Shown here in pieces: positions 51,800 through 62,202 of a stretch of DNA of 64,000 nt. Under the pieces are notes generated by a model, which worked only from the letters and a program-made list of their open reading frames with translations, ran no database searches and was not told the origin of the DNA. Numbering within the stretch: position 1 is the first letter of the stretch; every line of letters starts with the position of its first letter. Source of the stretch: an uncultured bacterium (GTDB lineage Bacteria; Verrucomicrobiota; Verrucomicrobiia; Limisphaerales; UBA8199); assembly GCA_963749495.1 (NCBI GenBank), contig CAVVMW010000023.1:768001-832000 (forward strand), in the 5' to 3' direction. The translations under genes were made by a program, and so were the position numbers.

Positions 51800-52311
51800 G
51801 GTGCCGAGGCTTATCTCGCCACGTGTGCGAGAGGTTACCGGCCTGCCCTTGGTGGCCCCCCTGGCATCTCCTCCTGTCGGCCCCGCCACTCTTCCAGCGC
51901 CCGCTGGGCCTCGGCGAGCGTCCGGTCCAAGCCGGTCAGCTCCCGAATCTCCTGGTCAGGAGGCGCCGCCCTGGAACGGAGCCGCGACCGCTTCCGCTCC
52001 CGGTCCTGCAGGGCCGACCGGATGCGGCGGCGCAAAGCGGCGATTTCCTGCGCCAAGCCGTCAGCCTCCAAGGACGCGGATTCGTCTGTACTCCTCATGT
52101 CGAACGCAGCCGAGATCATGGTCCATTCTGATAAACTTTCATCGCCGCCACGAGTCCCGGCGGATTACCGGCAGAGTGGGAGGTTTGGCGGGGAATGCAA
52201 GCCGGGTCTGCGGTCGGCGTCTCCCATTTGCAAGCTCCGCCAAGTGTGACTGTGCTCGGGAAGGACCACTGACGGAAAGGCCTGAAACCAGGCCGCCTTG
52301 GCACTAACCCG

Positions 52312-52911
52312 CTCAGGCCGCTGGGCCGCATCCTGGCCACAATGGACCTTCGCCCTGCCGGTGGCGCCACCCTCAGGCCGGGCGGCCATTTCAATAACAC
52401 AATGGACCTTCGCCGGCGCTGTCGCGCCGTTGCAGGGGGCCGCAGTCCGCCCCGGCCAGCTCTTGAGCCTGCGGAACCTGCCCTCTCCTCAGGCGCCGAT
52501 TGCCCTCAACCTGGGCTCTGCCAGGCGGGTTCGGAGGGGGCGGAAACCATGGCGTTGATTCGTTCCACCCATTGGCAGCCAAACCAACAAACACGAAAGA
52601 CCCGGTCCAAACTCGGCCCGGCATCCGCCGCCGCCGGTGTCGGCGGTGTCGGCGCAGCGCTTGGCAATTAGGCTGAGAGGCACCACATTGGCGCCGGTGG
52701 ATGCGCCCGTTGACATCCGAGCGATTTAAGGTCGTCAGCGCGCCGAAGACTTGCGGCGCCTGGCCGCAGGCGAAGTCACGCCGGAGGAATCACGCGGTGT
52801 AAGCACGTGATCGGACGCGGCCCCAGCTTCGGCCAAGAGGAGCCAGGCTCCCTCAGGCCCGGGGGGCCATTTCAATTGCACAATGAACCTTCGCCGGGGC
52901 TGCCGCCCCGT
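52312..52911 (+). repeat. Three copies of a ~60-bp direct repeat
   Basis: CTCAGGCC...CACAATG(G/A)ACCTTCGCC with units at 52312, 52372 and 52852. Confidence 0.8.
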
Positions 52912-53055
52912 GACATGGGGCCCTGTTGGCAAAACCGCAACACCCCGTTCCGGACCCAAGCGGCACCCTGCCGGATTGAAAATGCCCGGCGGGTGAACGC
53001 GCGAGCCGGTCGGCTACGCCCAGACCGGCGGGCCTGGCCCCCGGAGTTGACTGCG

Positions 53056-53085
53056 CCTGCTCGCACCTGCTCGCACCTGCTCGCT
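53056..53085 (+). repeat. 10-bp tandem repeat x3
   Basis: CCTGCTCGCA CCTGCTCGCA CCTGCTCGCT. Confidence 0.8.
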
Positions 53086-53337
53086 CTGCGCCCCAGACAG
53101 GGAGGGACTGTCGGGAGCATCACTGCGCACCGCGGCTTTCGGACCGGCACCAACCAAGCGCTTTGGCGATCCCGAAGGGAGCCGCCCGGCCGCCCGGTTG
53201 TCCGCAGGGTATCCCATGAGGCGCCGGCGGAATGCCGCGCCATCCGCAACGTTGCTCTCGTGATTCTCGCCCTCTCCACCCATCCAGGGCAGGGGCAAGC
53301 TCCGCTCAAGAAGGACAAGGGCCAGGTAAACCGATCA

Positions 53338-53535
53338 ATGAAGACCCAGCTCGAACTTGCCCGGCAGTGCCTGACCCTGGCGGGAACGCCGTTCACCGAA
53401 GAAACCCTCACCGGAGGCTGGACCAAGCTTCGTATCCAGAACACCCCCGGCAAGTGCCCCGAGGAGAACCTCCGCCGGTTCTTCCCCTCAGCCGCCAGCT
53501 TCGACAGCACGGGCAACCTTGTCGCAGTCGGCTGA
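53338..53535 (+). CDS. Small hypothetical protein (65 aa)
   Basis: MKTQLELARQCLTLAG...; G/C-rich third codon positions. Confidence 0.5.
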   Translation: MKTQLELARQCLTLAGTPFTEETLTGGWTKLRIQNTPGKCPEENLRRFFPSAASFDSTGNLVAVG

Positions 53536-53725
53536 CCCATTGGGGGGGGCGCCAAAGAGGTTCTCGTCCGGGATCCCTGGGGCGCCCACGGCCTCCGCAG
53601 GGTTCCGCTTGGCGGCCGGCTGGGAGTTGCCAGGGTCAGACTGGAATTCCTCCGGGCCGATCGCCGGAAGCCGCTCGGCAGCCCAGCTCGAAATAGACTC
53701 TGTCCAAAAACCCTCGCCGGATCGT

Positions 53726-54451
53726 ATGAGCAAGGCAATGTCAGCAAAGCCAGGCGATGTAATCACCAAGGTCGCCGTCCGGGTCGTGTTCGACGCCTAT
53801 TTCGAGCGCGTCATCCTTGGCAGCCACCTGGAACGGCTCCCCCGCGCGAGCCGCCAGGCGCCCATTACCTATCGGGTGAGGGCGGCTCTGCCGCAGCCGG
53901 AGGTGTACCGGGAATTGCGCAACCAGCGCTTCACCACCACGGTGGAGGATCTCGTCTCGGCCGCCCAAGGCGAGGTGGAGGCGCTTGCTGGCGAGTTGCG
54001 CGACTGGCACGGCAACCTGCCCGAGGGGATCAACAACTCGGATAAGGCCGGCGAGATCGACGAGGCAGCCAGCGCGCTCGAGAACGTCAATTTCCCGGAG
54101 GTCCCAGAGGGCCTCTGCGACATAAAGGTGTTGCACCTGCCCGCCCTGGAGCAGGATTCACGGCCCAAGCGCAATGCCGAGGTTGTCAGCATGCTGGACG
54201 ATGCCCTCGGCGCCCTGAACTCCAAGGCGGATGAACTCAAGGAGGCCATTGAGGACACCAAGAAGACGCGGGATGCCGGCGAACCCGGTGGAGACCCCGA
54301 CGCTGTGGCAGCGGTGGCGGCCTCGGTTTGCCCCGGCAACGAGGATGAGACCGACCCGCAGGAGCTGCTTAACGAGATCGAGTCTTTTGCGAGCGAGTTG
54401 GAGGAGGTCAAGGGCGAGCTTGAGAACGTCAGCTTCCCCAGCATGATGTAG
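53726..54451 (+). CDS. Acidic helical hypothetical protein (phage/plasmid-like)
   Basis: ELRDWHGNLPEG...IDEAASALENVNFP; internal repeat LENV.FP. Confidence 0.65.
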   Translation: MSKAMSAKPGDVITKVAVRVVFDAYFERVILGSHLERLPRASRQAPITYRVRAALPQPEVYRELRNQRFTTTVEDLVSAAQGEVEALAGELRDWHGNLPEGINNSDKAGEIDEAASALENVNFPEVPEGLCDIKVLHLPALEQDSRPKRNAEVVSMLDDALGALNSKADELKEAIEDTKKTRDAGEPGGDPDAVAAVAASVCPGNEDETDPQELLNEIESFASELEEVKGELENVSFPSMM

Positions 54452-54613
54452 TCCCTCCGAGGCGGAGGGGGAAACCCGCCGGAACTTGTGGCCCGGACCG
54501 TTTGAGTGGGGCCGGGCATCTCATGCATGGCCTTTTTCGGCACGGATACCCGGACCAAACCCAGGGGGCTGCTCGCACGAGCGCGTGTTGCACTCGCACC
54601 TCCCAGAGCTACA

Positions 54614-55444
54614 ATGCCGCGTATGGCTACGCCACAACAGAGAACAGCCGCCGAAAGGTACTGGAATTCCGTCTGCTTTGACGTGAACGAGGCGATGCGC
54701 GCCCACGTTCAGCCCTTCGTCACCCCAGTTTCGATGGTCTTGGCCGACGATCACGGCGAACTGCTCGGGACAGGCTCGTACATTGAGATTAACGGTAGGC
54801 GCTACCTGCTTACGAACGAGCACGTGGCTCGCGCACTCAACCACCATTCAATCGCGCACCAGTTTTCCGGGACCAACAACGTCTTCCGCTGTATAAACCC
54901 GATGGTCGCCGACCCCGCCCCGGTCGACGCCGCGCTCGCACTCATTGAAGACAGGGTCTGGGGACATTGCGGCCATACTGCCTCCGCAATCCCGCTGTGC
55001 CGATTCGCCACAACGCACGCCCCGGTACCCGGCGAGCTCCTTTTTCTCGTGGGCTACGCCGGCGCAAGGGCCAGATTTCTCTTTAACACGCTAATAGCGC
55101 CAGGCACACCCTACCTAACGCAGGAGACGCTAATGCAGGCCACCCACGGAAGACCAGAGTACCACTTCGCCCTCCCCTACGCACCGGACAGGGCCATATC
55201 GCCAGAACAGCGCGCCCAGCCCCTGCCCACGCCTCCCGGGATGAGTGGTTCACTGGTCTGGAACACCCGCGTTATCGAGTGCCACCGCGCTGGCATTGAC
55301 TGGACTCCGGCCGAAGCGCGAGTCACCGGGATCGTGTGGGGCTGGCCCGACGTTTTCCTCATTGCCACGAAAGTCGAGCATCTCCGGCTCGCGGATCTTG
55401 CCGCCGAGGCATCACGCCAAGCACTATTACGGGCTGGACCCTAA
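54614..55444 (+). CDS. Trypsin-like serine protease, no signal peptide
   Basis: GTG, LLTNEHV (His), DAAL (Asp) and GMSGSLVW (Ser). Confidence 0.75.
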   Translation: MPRMATPQQRTAAERYWNSVCFDVNEAMRAHVQPFVTPVSMVLADDHGELLGTGSYIEINGRRYLLTNEHVARALNHHSIAHQFSGTNNVFRCINPMVADPAPVDAALALIEDRVWGHCGHTASAIPLCRFATTHAPVPGELLFLVGYAGARARFLFNTLIAPGTPYLTQETLMQATHGRPEYHFALPYAPDRAISPEQRAQPLPTPPGMSGSLVWNTRVIECHRAGIDWTPAEARVTGIVWGWPDVFLIATKVEHLRLADLAAEASRQALLRAGP

Positions 55445-55450
55445 GGTCCG

Positions 55451-55575
55451 TCACACTCCCCTTAACTTCCTTTGGTGGACTGCTCGCGACTTCGACGCAA
55501 CCAAGTACCGTAGCGCGTCGGTGGCGTCATCGCCGCCGGCGCGGTCCTCATCCGCATGCACCTTCAGCACGTCAA
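55451..55575 (-). pseudogene. Terminase large-subunit C-terminal remnant (copy 2)
   Basis: DVLKVHADEDRAGGDDATDALRYLVASKSR...KLRGV*, with a DDxxDALRY motif. Confidence 0.6.
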
Positions 55576-55888
55576 CGGAAGCGTTTCCGCTAGGTGTGCG
55601 CACCCGGGTAGCCGCGGGAGTCCCGATGCTCTTGTGGTGCGCCTTCCCGCAGGGGCTTGGAACGGGTGACGCCCAGTAGAAGCGCAAGTAGGTGTTCCAC
55701 ACGCATTTCCAGCAAGGTCATGGGGGAGTTTTTGTGACATGCACGCACCACAATCAGCCCTGTTTTTGTGAGGTCCAGGCCGAAGCCGTGGTTTTCTGGT
55801 GACTTGCGCCTTCATGAAGGCCGCTCTTTGCGCAAGGCATGCGGGAGCTTTTGTGACCTGAGGTCCGAATCGGCCCTATAATGGTGAC

Positions 55889-56413
55889 ATGGACGAAGGC
55901 AACGATGATCGGCGGCGGCATGAAAAGACCCTGGTTGAGGCAGGCAACCTGGAGGGGGACACGAGCCTCGAACGTGGCACGACTGAGTCGCCCAATGGGA
56001 CCGTCCAGGCGGCCAGCGATAGCGGCATCGAGGAGGAATCCCTTGACGATGGCCCCGGCGTTGATCCGATACAAACCCTTCTCAACCGGCGATACCCCCA
56101 AGTCGCCCTGCACCGGGACACGCTCCGTCTGCTCCAGCGCGTTGAATGGACGAGCCGCATTCAAGGGGTCAACGATTTCTGCAACGATGCAATCCGTTAC
56201 GTAATCCTGGCGCGCGAGTCCGGCACCATCACGTTCAACGACCTGCACGCCGTGTCCGCCGCGCTCGATGCCAGGCTCGATGAGCTGAGCGTAATCCTGC
56301 TGCACTTGCACCAGGCCGTAGGCAACCTGTCCATCATCGTCGAGCACCAACGGCTCATCGGGGCTTATGGCGAGCGGCTGAAGAAAGCCGCCGCAACGAC
56401 GCGCGATCAATAA
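55889..56413 (+). CDS. Hypothetical protein, first gene of the relaxase operon
   Basis: Followed after 7 nt by the next gene; helical C-terminal half. Confidence 0.6.
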   Translation: MDEGNDDRRRHEKTLVEAGNLEGDTSLERGTTESPNGTVQAASDSGIEEESLDDGPGVDPIQTLLNRRYPQVALHRDTLRLLQRVEWTSRIQGVNDFCNDAIRYVILARESGTITFNDLHAVSAALDARLDELSVILLHLHQAVGNLSIIVEHQRLIGAYGERLKKAAATTRDQ

Positions 56414-56420
56414 AAGGGTC

Positions 56421-56750
56421 ATGGACGAGCTGCTGACATTGGCCATCGGGAAACTCGCAGACCATTATCAGGTTAGTGAGGATTACCTGAAGAGGGCCCT
56501 GCTGCTTCGGGCAGTAGCCGAGTTGAACGCAACTACGGACCGGACCAGGCCGGCCAGGCCAGGGGAACTTGAGGTCGTTCTCACGAACCTGAACAAACCG
56601 CTCGACAACGTCCTCGAGGGCTTTCGGCGGCAGCTCGTTGAGGCAGAGAACGCCGTCCAAAACGCCAACATCGCCATCGCGATCGCCGAACGGGTGACGG
56701 CAGTCCTTCGCACACAGGTGGAGGCCCCACCGCTCAAGTCTGCTGGTTGA
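56421..56750 (+). CDS. Relaxase accessory (MobC-like position) hypothetical protein
   Basis: Stop overlaps the relaxase start. LADHYQVSEDYLKR could be RHH-like. Confidence 0.5.
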   Translation: MDELLTLAIGKLADHYQVSEDYLKRALLLRAVAELNATTDRTRPARPGELEVVLTNLNKPLDNVLEGFRRQLVEAENAVQNANIAIAIAERVTAVLRTQVEAPPLKSAG

Positions 56751-58219
56751 ACGTGATCCTCAAGCGCACCAAGTCGCTCAGGCAGCCCTCCAAGGCGATG
56801 GAATGGGCGAAGGAGTATCTGGATGAGCTGGGCAAGCACAAGGGGCAGGGCGTAGGCCAGCTTGGGCTGGGCATCGGAAAGAAATACCACTGCTCGCGCC
56901 CGCCCGGCCTCCTTACAGCTCACGGTTATATCCGGCGGCAGGTGGACGAGATCCGGCAGCAGCTGTTCCCCGGAAGCGTTGAACGGGCCGGAGCCTCGGG
57001 GAACAACCAGGCCGTCCAGGAGTTCGTCCGCCAGCATTGCCGGTCGCAACGGGAGAAGAAACGGAAGATACTCGCGCTTCGCCTGATAGCGAGCCTGGAC
57101 CCGGAGACGGTGGAGGCGATGGTTCGCTACCCCGTTGACCTCGACCGGCTCTTGGTCGGCGCCATCGAAGGAACCCTCACCCGGGCGGCCGCTAAGTATT
57201 ACCCGGGGGACGAACTGGGCTACATCATCGGAGTCCACCACGATGCCCTCGACCGATTTGGCCGGCCACATCTCCACGCCCATGTCTTCCTTCTGCCGCA
57301 GACCCGCAATGGGCTCCGGATCAGTATGAGCAACCACAATTGCCCGGGCCGCGACGGGAAGTTCGTAAACGTGCTGTCGGAAACCCGGGACGAGTTCTGT
57401 GAAATTGCCTCGGACCTCCTGGACGCCACGGCACCCGCCCGTTACCGGGGCTATGCCACCCAGGAGTGGGACGACTTGGCCAAGGAGATCAGCATGAAGA
57501 CCGCGGAGACGGTGGCGGCGGCTAGGCCGATGAGCACGGACCGAACCCGGCATTACGCGATCAGCACCTTCATGTTCTACGTGAAGAAGACCAACCCAGC
57601 CTGGCTGCGGCGGCGGCTCGACAGGCTGAAGGAGAGAATCCAACGGCTCTCGGAGGCCAGGCGGCAGGATCTGATCTCGGAGCTCAAGTTCATCTACGGG
57701 GGGATTGAAGGCCGCATCGTCCGGACGGGCTTCGAGCAGCGGCGCGAGCTCTTGCACAGCATCCTTCCCGCCTTTCGAGCGGAACGGGTGAAGTGTGAAA
57801 CAAGCGATTGCCGGCTGGAGGCGACCCGCACCTGCCTGGTCCGATGGAGGACGGTGGGCAGCCGAAGAGGGCTCATCGAGCGGGCGATGCAGGAGGTGGA
57901 CGACCGCCGGATGGCTTCCCGGATAAGCATGCTGGCGGAGACGGCCTTGATGGATTTGCACTTCGCGGCCGCCAGGTTGGCCCCCAACCCGCCTGCCTGG
58001 ATCCAGAGACTCGAGCTTTGCGCGGAAAACGATCGGTTGCCCAACAGAGAAATGGTGGACCGAAAACAGCCGGAACCTGATTTTGAGGCTCCAGCGCCGG
58101 AGCTCGAGACCTCGGACGCAGACCTGCGCGCGCCAGCACCAGCCCAACCTCCGGCGACCCCTTCGAGGGAGCCTCCGCTTTTCCCGCCCACTACGGCCGC
58201 CCCCATTTCAAAGCGGTAG
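56747..58219 (+). CDS. HUH-family relaxase
   Basis: N-terminal Tyr (AKEYL), RLIASLDP and GVHHD...RPHLHAHVFL. Confidence 0.75.
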   Translation: MNVILKRTKSLRQPSKAMEWAKEYLDELGKHKGQGVGQLGLGIGKKYHCSRPPGLLTAHGYIRRQVDEIRQQLFPGSVERAGASGNNQAVQEFVRQHCRSQREKKRKILALRLIASLDPETVEAMVRYPVDLDRLLVGAIEGTLTRAAAKYYPGDELGYIIGVHHDALDRFGRPHLHAHVFLLPQTRNGLRISMSNHNCPGRDGKFVNVLSETRDEFCEIASDLLDATAPARYRGYATQEWDDLAKEISMKTAETVAAARPMSTDRTRHYAISTFMFYVKKTNPAWLRRRLDRLKERIQRLSEARRQDLISELKFIYGGIEGRIVRTGFEQRRELLHSILPAFRAERVKCETSDCRLEATRTCLVRWRTVGSRRGLIERAMQEVDDRRMASRISMLAETALMDLHFAAARLAPNPPAWIQRLELCAENDRLPNREMVDRKQPEPDFEAPAPELETSDADLRAPAPAQPPATPSREPPLFPPTTAAPISKR

Positions 58220-58303
58220 CCGACAGAGAACGAAGTCCACCTCAGAAAAAGAACAAGGCGCAACACCCCATCAGGAGCATTGCGCCTTTCGAACGACCAA
58301 GAT

Positions 58304-58774
58304 CTACGCCTTCTTTGCCGCCCTCACCTTTGCCCACCTTGCCTCACGGGCCTTCGCCAATGCCGCCAATCGTGCCTCACTCACCTGCTTCTTCTTGGCT
58401 GCCGCGGCCTTCTTTGCCGCCCTGAACTTCGCCCATCTCTTCTTGGCGGCCAAGGCCAAGGCCTTCCTGCCGGCGGCACTGACGTTTCTCTTCTTGGGCT
58501 GTTCTCCTGTCGCCGGCACTGCCTTCAGTTGAACTTCTCCCCTCTCTCTAGCGCGTCTCGCCCTCTGGGCGGCCCGGAGATTCGCCAGGCCCTCAGCGCT
58601 CATCTTCCTGCGCTTCTTCCTGCCCCTCCTTGCCGGTTGAGGTGCTTCAGGGGCAGGCCCAGGGATTTCAACGCCAAGAATCTCGTTGAGCTTATCCTGG
58701 AGCGCATCAATCCTCTCTTTGACTGTTGCTGCCTTTCGCAGTTGTCGGGGCGTAAGCGCGGTCAGTGCATTCAT
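58304..58774 (-). CDS. Lys/Arg/Ala-rich histone-like DNA-binding protein
   Basis: LRKAA.VKERIDALQ coiled coil, then three S(A/E).(G/R)...RWAK-type repeats. Confidence 0.75.
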   Translation of the reverse strand: MNALTALTPRQLRKAATVKERIDALQDKLNEILGVEIPGPAPEAPQPARRGRKKRRKMSAEGLANLRAAQRARRARERGEVQLKAVPATGEQPKKRNVSAAGRKALALAAKKRWAKFRAAKKAAAAKKKQVSEARLAALAKAREARWAKVRAAKKA

Positions 58775-59116
58775 TGGGCGCAAAGTGGCTGGACCCGGGA
58801 GGATGTCAAGCGTTCTAATCGAAAAGAACCCGGCATGAACGCCACTCGCTAACCCCCATATTCCAGGTCCCGGTAGCGACTGCCTCTAAATCTAAACAAG
58901 CGCCGTTATCTCCCGCCAGCCGATCCCGGAATCGCTCAGGATTCCACGCCCGCCAAATGTGGAGGCTCCAATGCCGGAGGTTGAGCCCTCGGATGCGGAG
59001 TTGCCCGGCCCCGCCCCGGCCAAAGAGCCAACGGGCCGCTCAAAGGAGCCTCCGGACGCTTCGCCAGCTACGGCCGCCCCCTCGTCTGGCCGGTAGAACG
59101 TGGCCGAACAATAGGC

Positions 59117-59608
59117 ATGGAAGAACACGGCCACACGACCGTCCACCTCGCCCAGAAACCGGACGGAACTTGCAAGCGGACTGTTACGATCATCGAGTAT
59201 GGCGCCTTCTTGAAATTGGTGGCCAAGCCGAAGCGCAAGCTGTTCACCGACCGGCACGGAGATCTCTGCACTTCGAAGTTCCCCGGAGCGGCCACCAGCC
59301 AAGTGCTCTACCTGCGCATACAACCGGGTGGAGAATTCCTCTTTGGGAGGCATATCGAGGACGCCACCCTGTTCACCAACGCCTCTCACGTGCTTTCCAG
59401 GCTCATCGATATGGTCCAAATCAATTGCGAGCATTGCGCGGCGATAGAAATCGGCAATGACCGGCAAGCCTCCAGAGTCAAACTACCTCACCGAACAGCT
59501 TTTCAAATCGCCAGTTTGAAGGCAAAGGCAAAGGCCGACAGCACCGGTCGGCCCGTTCCCATCTTAGTCCCAAGCCAGGGCAAGCCGGCGTCCGTCCAAG
59601 ACCGCTGA
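59117..59608 (+). CDS. Hypothetical protein
   Basis: ATG-initiated and protein-like; no motif recognised. Confidence 0.5.
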   Translation: MEEHGHTTVHLAQKPDGTCKRTVTIIEYGAFLKLVAKPKRKLFTDRHGDLCTSKFPGAATSQVLYLRIQPGGEFLFGRHIEDATLFTNASHVLSRLIDMVQINCEHCAAIEIGNDRQASRVKLPHRTAFQIASLKAKAKADSTGRPVPILVPSQGKPASVQDR

Positions 59609-59780
59609 TGCCCTCCAACGGCGGCGATCGGTGTTCATGATGTTGCTCGGCCTGCTCCCGCAAGGAATCTCCGGAGATCGATGGTCGAAGGAATCGCCTC
59701 GAACCGGGCCTACAATGGAGATAGCGGAGCAAGATGCCGAGTTGATGCACGGACCGTATGGCCGATAAGCCCGCCAAACA

Positions 59781-60417
59781 AATGAGCGGTATGCGAGCGT
59801 TGTACATCCATACTTTCGCACGGCAGGCCCAGGTGGACGACGAACCTGCCTGGGTCAACCCCTTTCATGCCCAGATATTTGGCATATACATGATCGGCGA
59901 GTTAAATACCCAACCGACCGCGGTCGTGGTGGCGCCGGGTCAAAAGTTGGAGTGCCGGGAAGCGGCCTTATCTGCTGCGCGAACGAGGCCGACATGCTGA
60001 AGCAGTTTTGGGGCTTCTACAAATCAGGCCCCGGAGAACCTGGTGACCTTCAACGGGCGCAAATACACGATTCCGTGCCTTTACTGGCGCAGCGCGCTGC
60101 ATGGGGTGGAAATCGCCAACACGGACTTGCTGCATGACCGGTACAAACCCGGCCCGCACGTGGACCTGGCGGACGTGCTCACGTATCACGGGCTCCTGCG
60201 AATTCCGGCGCTTGAGGTTCTGGCCGCGCAGTTGAGCATCCCGATGCCTTCCCTGCGGGAAGGGGCCGCCATTCAGCAGATGATCAGCGCAGTCCTGGCG
60301 GCGCCCAACCCGGCCATGCTGCAGATGCTCGCAAAAAACGGGGTCGAGTACGCCGCCGTGATTTCGCGGATCAGCGCGCACTGGCGCAAGCAGCTCAACA
60401 AAACCGCATATCGATGA
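59781..60417 (+). pseudogene. PolB-related 3'-5' exonuclease-like gene with two compensating frameshifts
   Basis: NPFHAQI, NEADMLKQFW (other frame), LVTFNGRKY.IP.LY.RS and RY...HVDLAD. Catalytic acidic residues are not evident. Confidence 0.6.
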
Positions 60418-60821
60418 AGTCGAGGAGACAAGGGTTCACCCTGATCGAAGTGGTCGTCGTCGTGGTTGTGGTCCTCATCCTGGCGGCCATCGTCATCGCC
60501 CAATTCGGGCGGGTTGGGGAGAGCGCGCGCAACGCGGTCATCCACAACTTCCTTAAAGACTGCCGCACAGTCTATGTGCGGCTGAATTACGGGCAGGCCC
60601 CCGACTATGCCACGGTCACCAACGCCGTGTCGCTCAAGGATTATGTGGCCGCGACCACGTTGGGCGACGTGCAGGCCCAGTTAAACGGGAACACCTTGCT
60701 GGTCAGTGGGGTGCCCGACAGCCTCTTCAAGGACAAACGCACCGCCCTCACGGTCGATTACCAGCACAACACTTATGATGGGGACAGCGAGGACGTGTTT
60801 CTAGGGAAAGTCCTCTGGTAG
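60414..60821 (+). CDS. Type IV pilin-like protein
   Basis: Prepilin cleavage motif RQG/FTLIE followed by a hydrophobic helix. Confidence 0.85.
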   Translation: MKSRRQGFTLIEVVVVVVVVLILAAIVIAQFGRVGESARNAVIHNFLKDCRTVYVRLNYGQAPDYATVTNAVSLKDYVAATTLGDVQAQLNGNTLLVSGVPDSLFKDKRTALTVDYQHNTYDGDSEDVFLGKVLW

Positions 60822-60922
60822 CTTGCGCCGCCGAGCCACGATCGCGCTGACGCGGTCCGCTGCACCTGCGCCGCGCAGGGCGGCCTCGAGTACCAGGGCA
60901 GGACGGCCGCGCAGAACGGCGA

Positions 60923-61528
60923 TCACGAGATTTCGGCCAGCGATGGGGAAGGCGCCGGACTCATCTCGCTGGGCAGGAGTCCGTTGTTCAAGAGAAAGAA
61001 CACCTGGGAAGCAACAGAGAAATGGGCGCTTCCTTCTCCGCGGGGATTATCCAGCTCTTGCGCGCTCTCCAGGTCGTCGGCGAGGGACTCAGGCGAGGCC
61101 GCCTCGCTGAAGGGGACGGTCCGCAGGTTGCAATTGCCGTTGCTCTGCCGCAGCAGCGTCAGCTTCTTGACCTCAGACGGTTTGAGCCCTGGAAAGCGGC
61201 TCACAAAAGCCAGCGTGTCGGCAACCAGTTTTTCCCGATCCGGCGCCCGCCTGGGAATGTTGGCATTCACGATCTGCGCGCGCAATTGCGCCCGGGCCTT
61301 GAGGGCGTCCGCTTTTTTCTGCTCCGGCTCATCCATAAGCATCTCCTGGTTTTGCAGCAGTGCCTGGGCCTGCTCCATGGAGGGCGCTTCGACCTTTTCC
61401 AGGCGGGAAAGCAATTGGCCGTAAACCCGGTCGAAGTCCATGCCGGGCTTCAGGCCTGCCCAGACTTTCGGAATCAGATCCACGCGGAGCTGGACGGGAA
61501 CACGACTGCGATGCTGCTGCAACTTCAT
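60923..61528 (-). CDS. Hypothetical protein
   Basis: ATG-initiated 201-aa ORF, protein-like. Confidence 0.6.
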   Translation of the reverse strand: MKLQQHRSRVPVQLRVDLIPKVWAGLKPGMDFDRVYGQLLSRLEKVEAPSMEQAQALLQNQEMLMDEPEQKKADALKARAQLRAQIVNANIPRRAPDREKLVADTLAFVSRFPGLKPSEVKKLTLLRQSNGNCNLRTVPFSEAASPESLADDLESAQELDNPRGEGSAHFSVASQVFFLLNNGLLPSEMSPAPSPSLAEIS

Positions 61529-61626
61529 ACCGCCATTATAGGTTTGGCGGGGTGTTAAGCTCTGACCGGGCGGGAAAGCCGCAGGAGAACGCAGCCAATC
61601 ACAATTCGGCGAATTAGAATGCGAGT

Positions 61627-62115
61627 GTGAGCGAAAGTGCTGCCAAGGCCATCGACATCCGCCAATTGCGCGAGGAGAAGCCCAAGCTGGGCTGGCTCGC
61701 CGACGTTCGCTTTAGCATCCTGCACAACCACCGGAAACTGGAGGAATTGGAGGCCCCGGTGAGCGCCCACCTGAAGGCCAGCGGGCCGCTCAGGGTGGTG
61801 ACCCGCCAGAACCTGTTCGAGTTCGCCCTGGACGGCGATCAGGTCAGCCTGGTCATCAGGGAAGGACGGAAACTCGACGGTTTGCCTTACCAGGCTGTGC
61901 CGGAAGCCGTGCAACTCTTTTGCAACGAGGCCATCACCCTGCACAAGAACCAGCACCTGTTCTGGCATCTGACGGAGGACGAGGTCCGCCAGGTGGCGGC
62001 TGAATTCCAGGAACTGGCCGGTGCCGGCGGCATCCTGGTGACGAAAGGGCGCCACGCCGTGCTCGTTCAAATCAAGGACGGGAAACTCGACCTGAGCGCC
62101 TGCGATAGCCTCTGA
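61627..62115 (+). CDS. Hypothetical protein
   Basis: Strong G/C third-position bias; lies upstream of the coupling protein. Confidence 0.65.
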   Translation: MSESAAKAIDIRQLREEKPKLGWLADVRFSILHNHRKLEELEAPVSAHLKASGPLRVVTRQNLFEFALDGDQVSLVIREGRKLDGLPYQAVPEAVQLFCNEAITLHKNQHLFWHLTEDEVRQVAAEFQELAGAGGILVTKGRHAVLVQIKDGKLDLSACDSL

Positions 62116-62202
62116 CTCGCTCCATCTGCCGTTTTGCGACGTTCTTTGACTTCCGCGAGGGCGACAGCGGCCAAACGGGACGGGAAGGCAATACAATGGA
62201 GG

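Noticed and set aside
52312..52911. CRISPR array
   Set aside because: Only three degenerate units, irregular spacing and similar intervening sequence.
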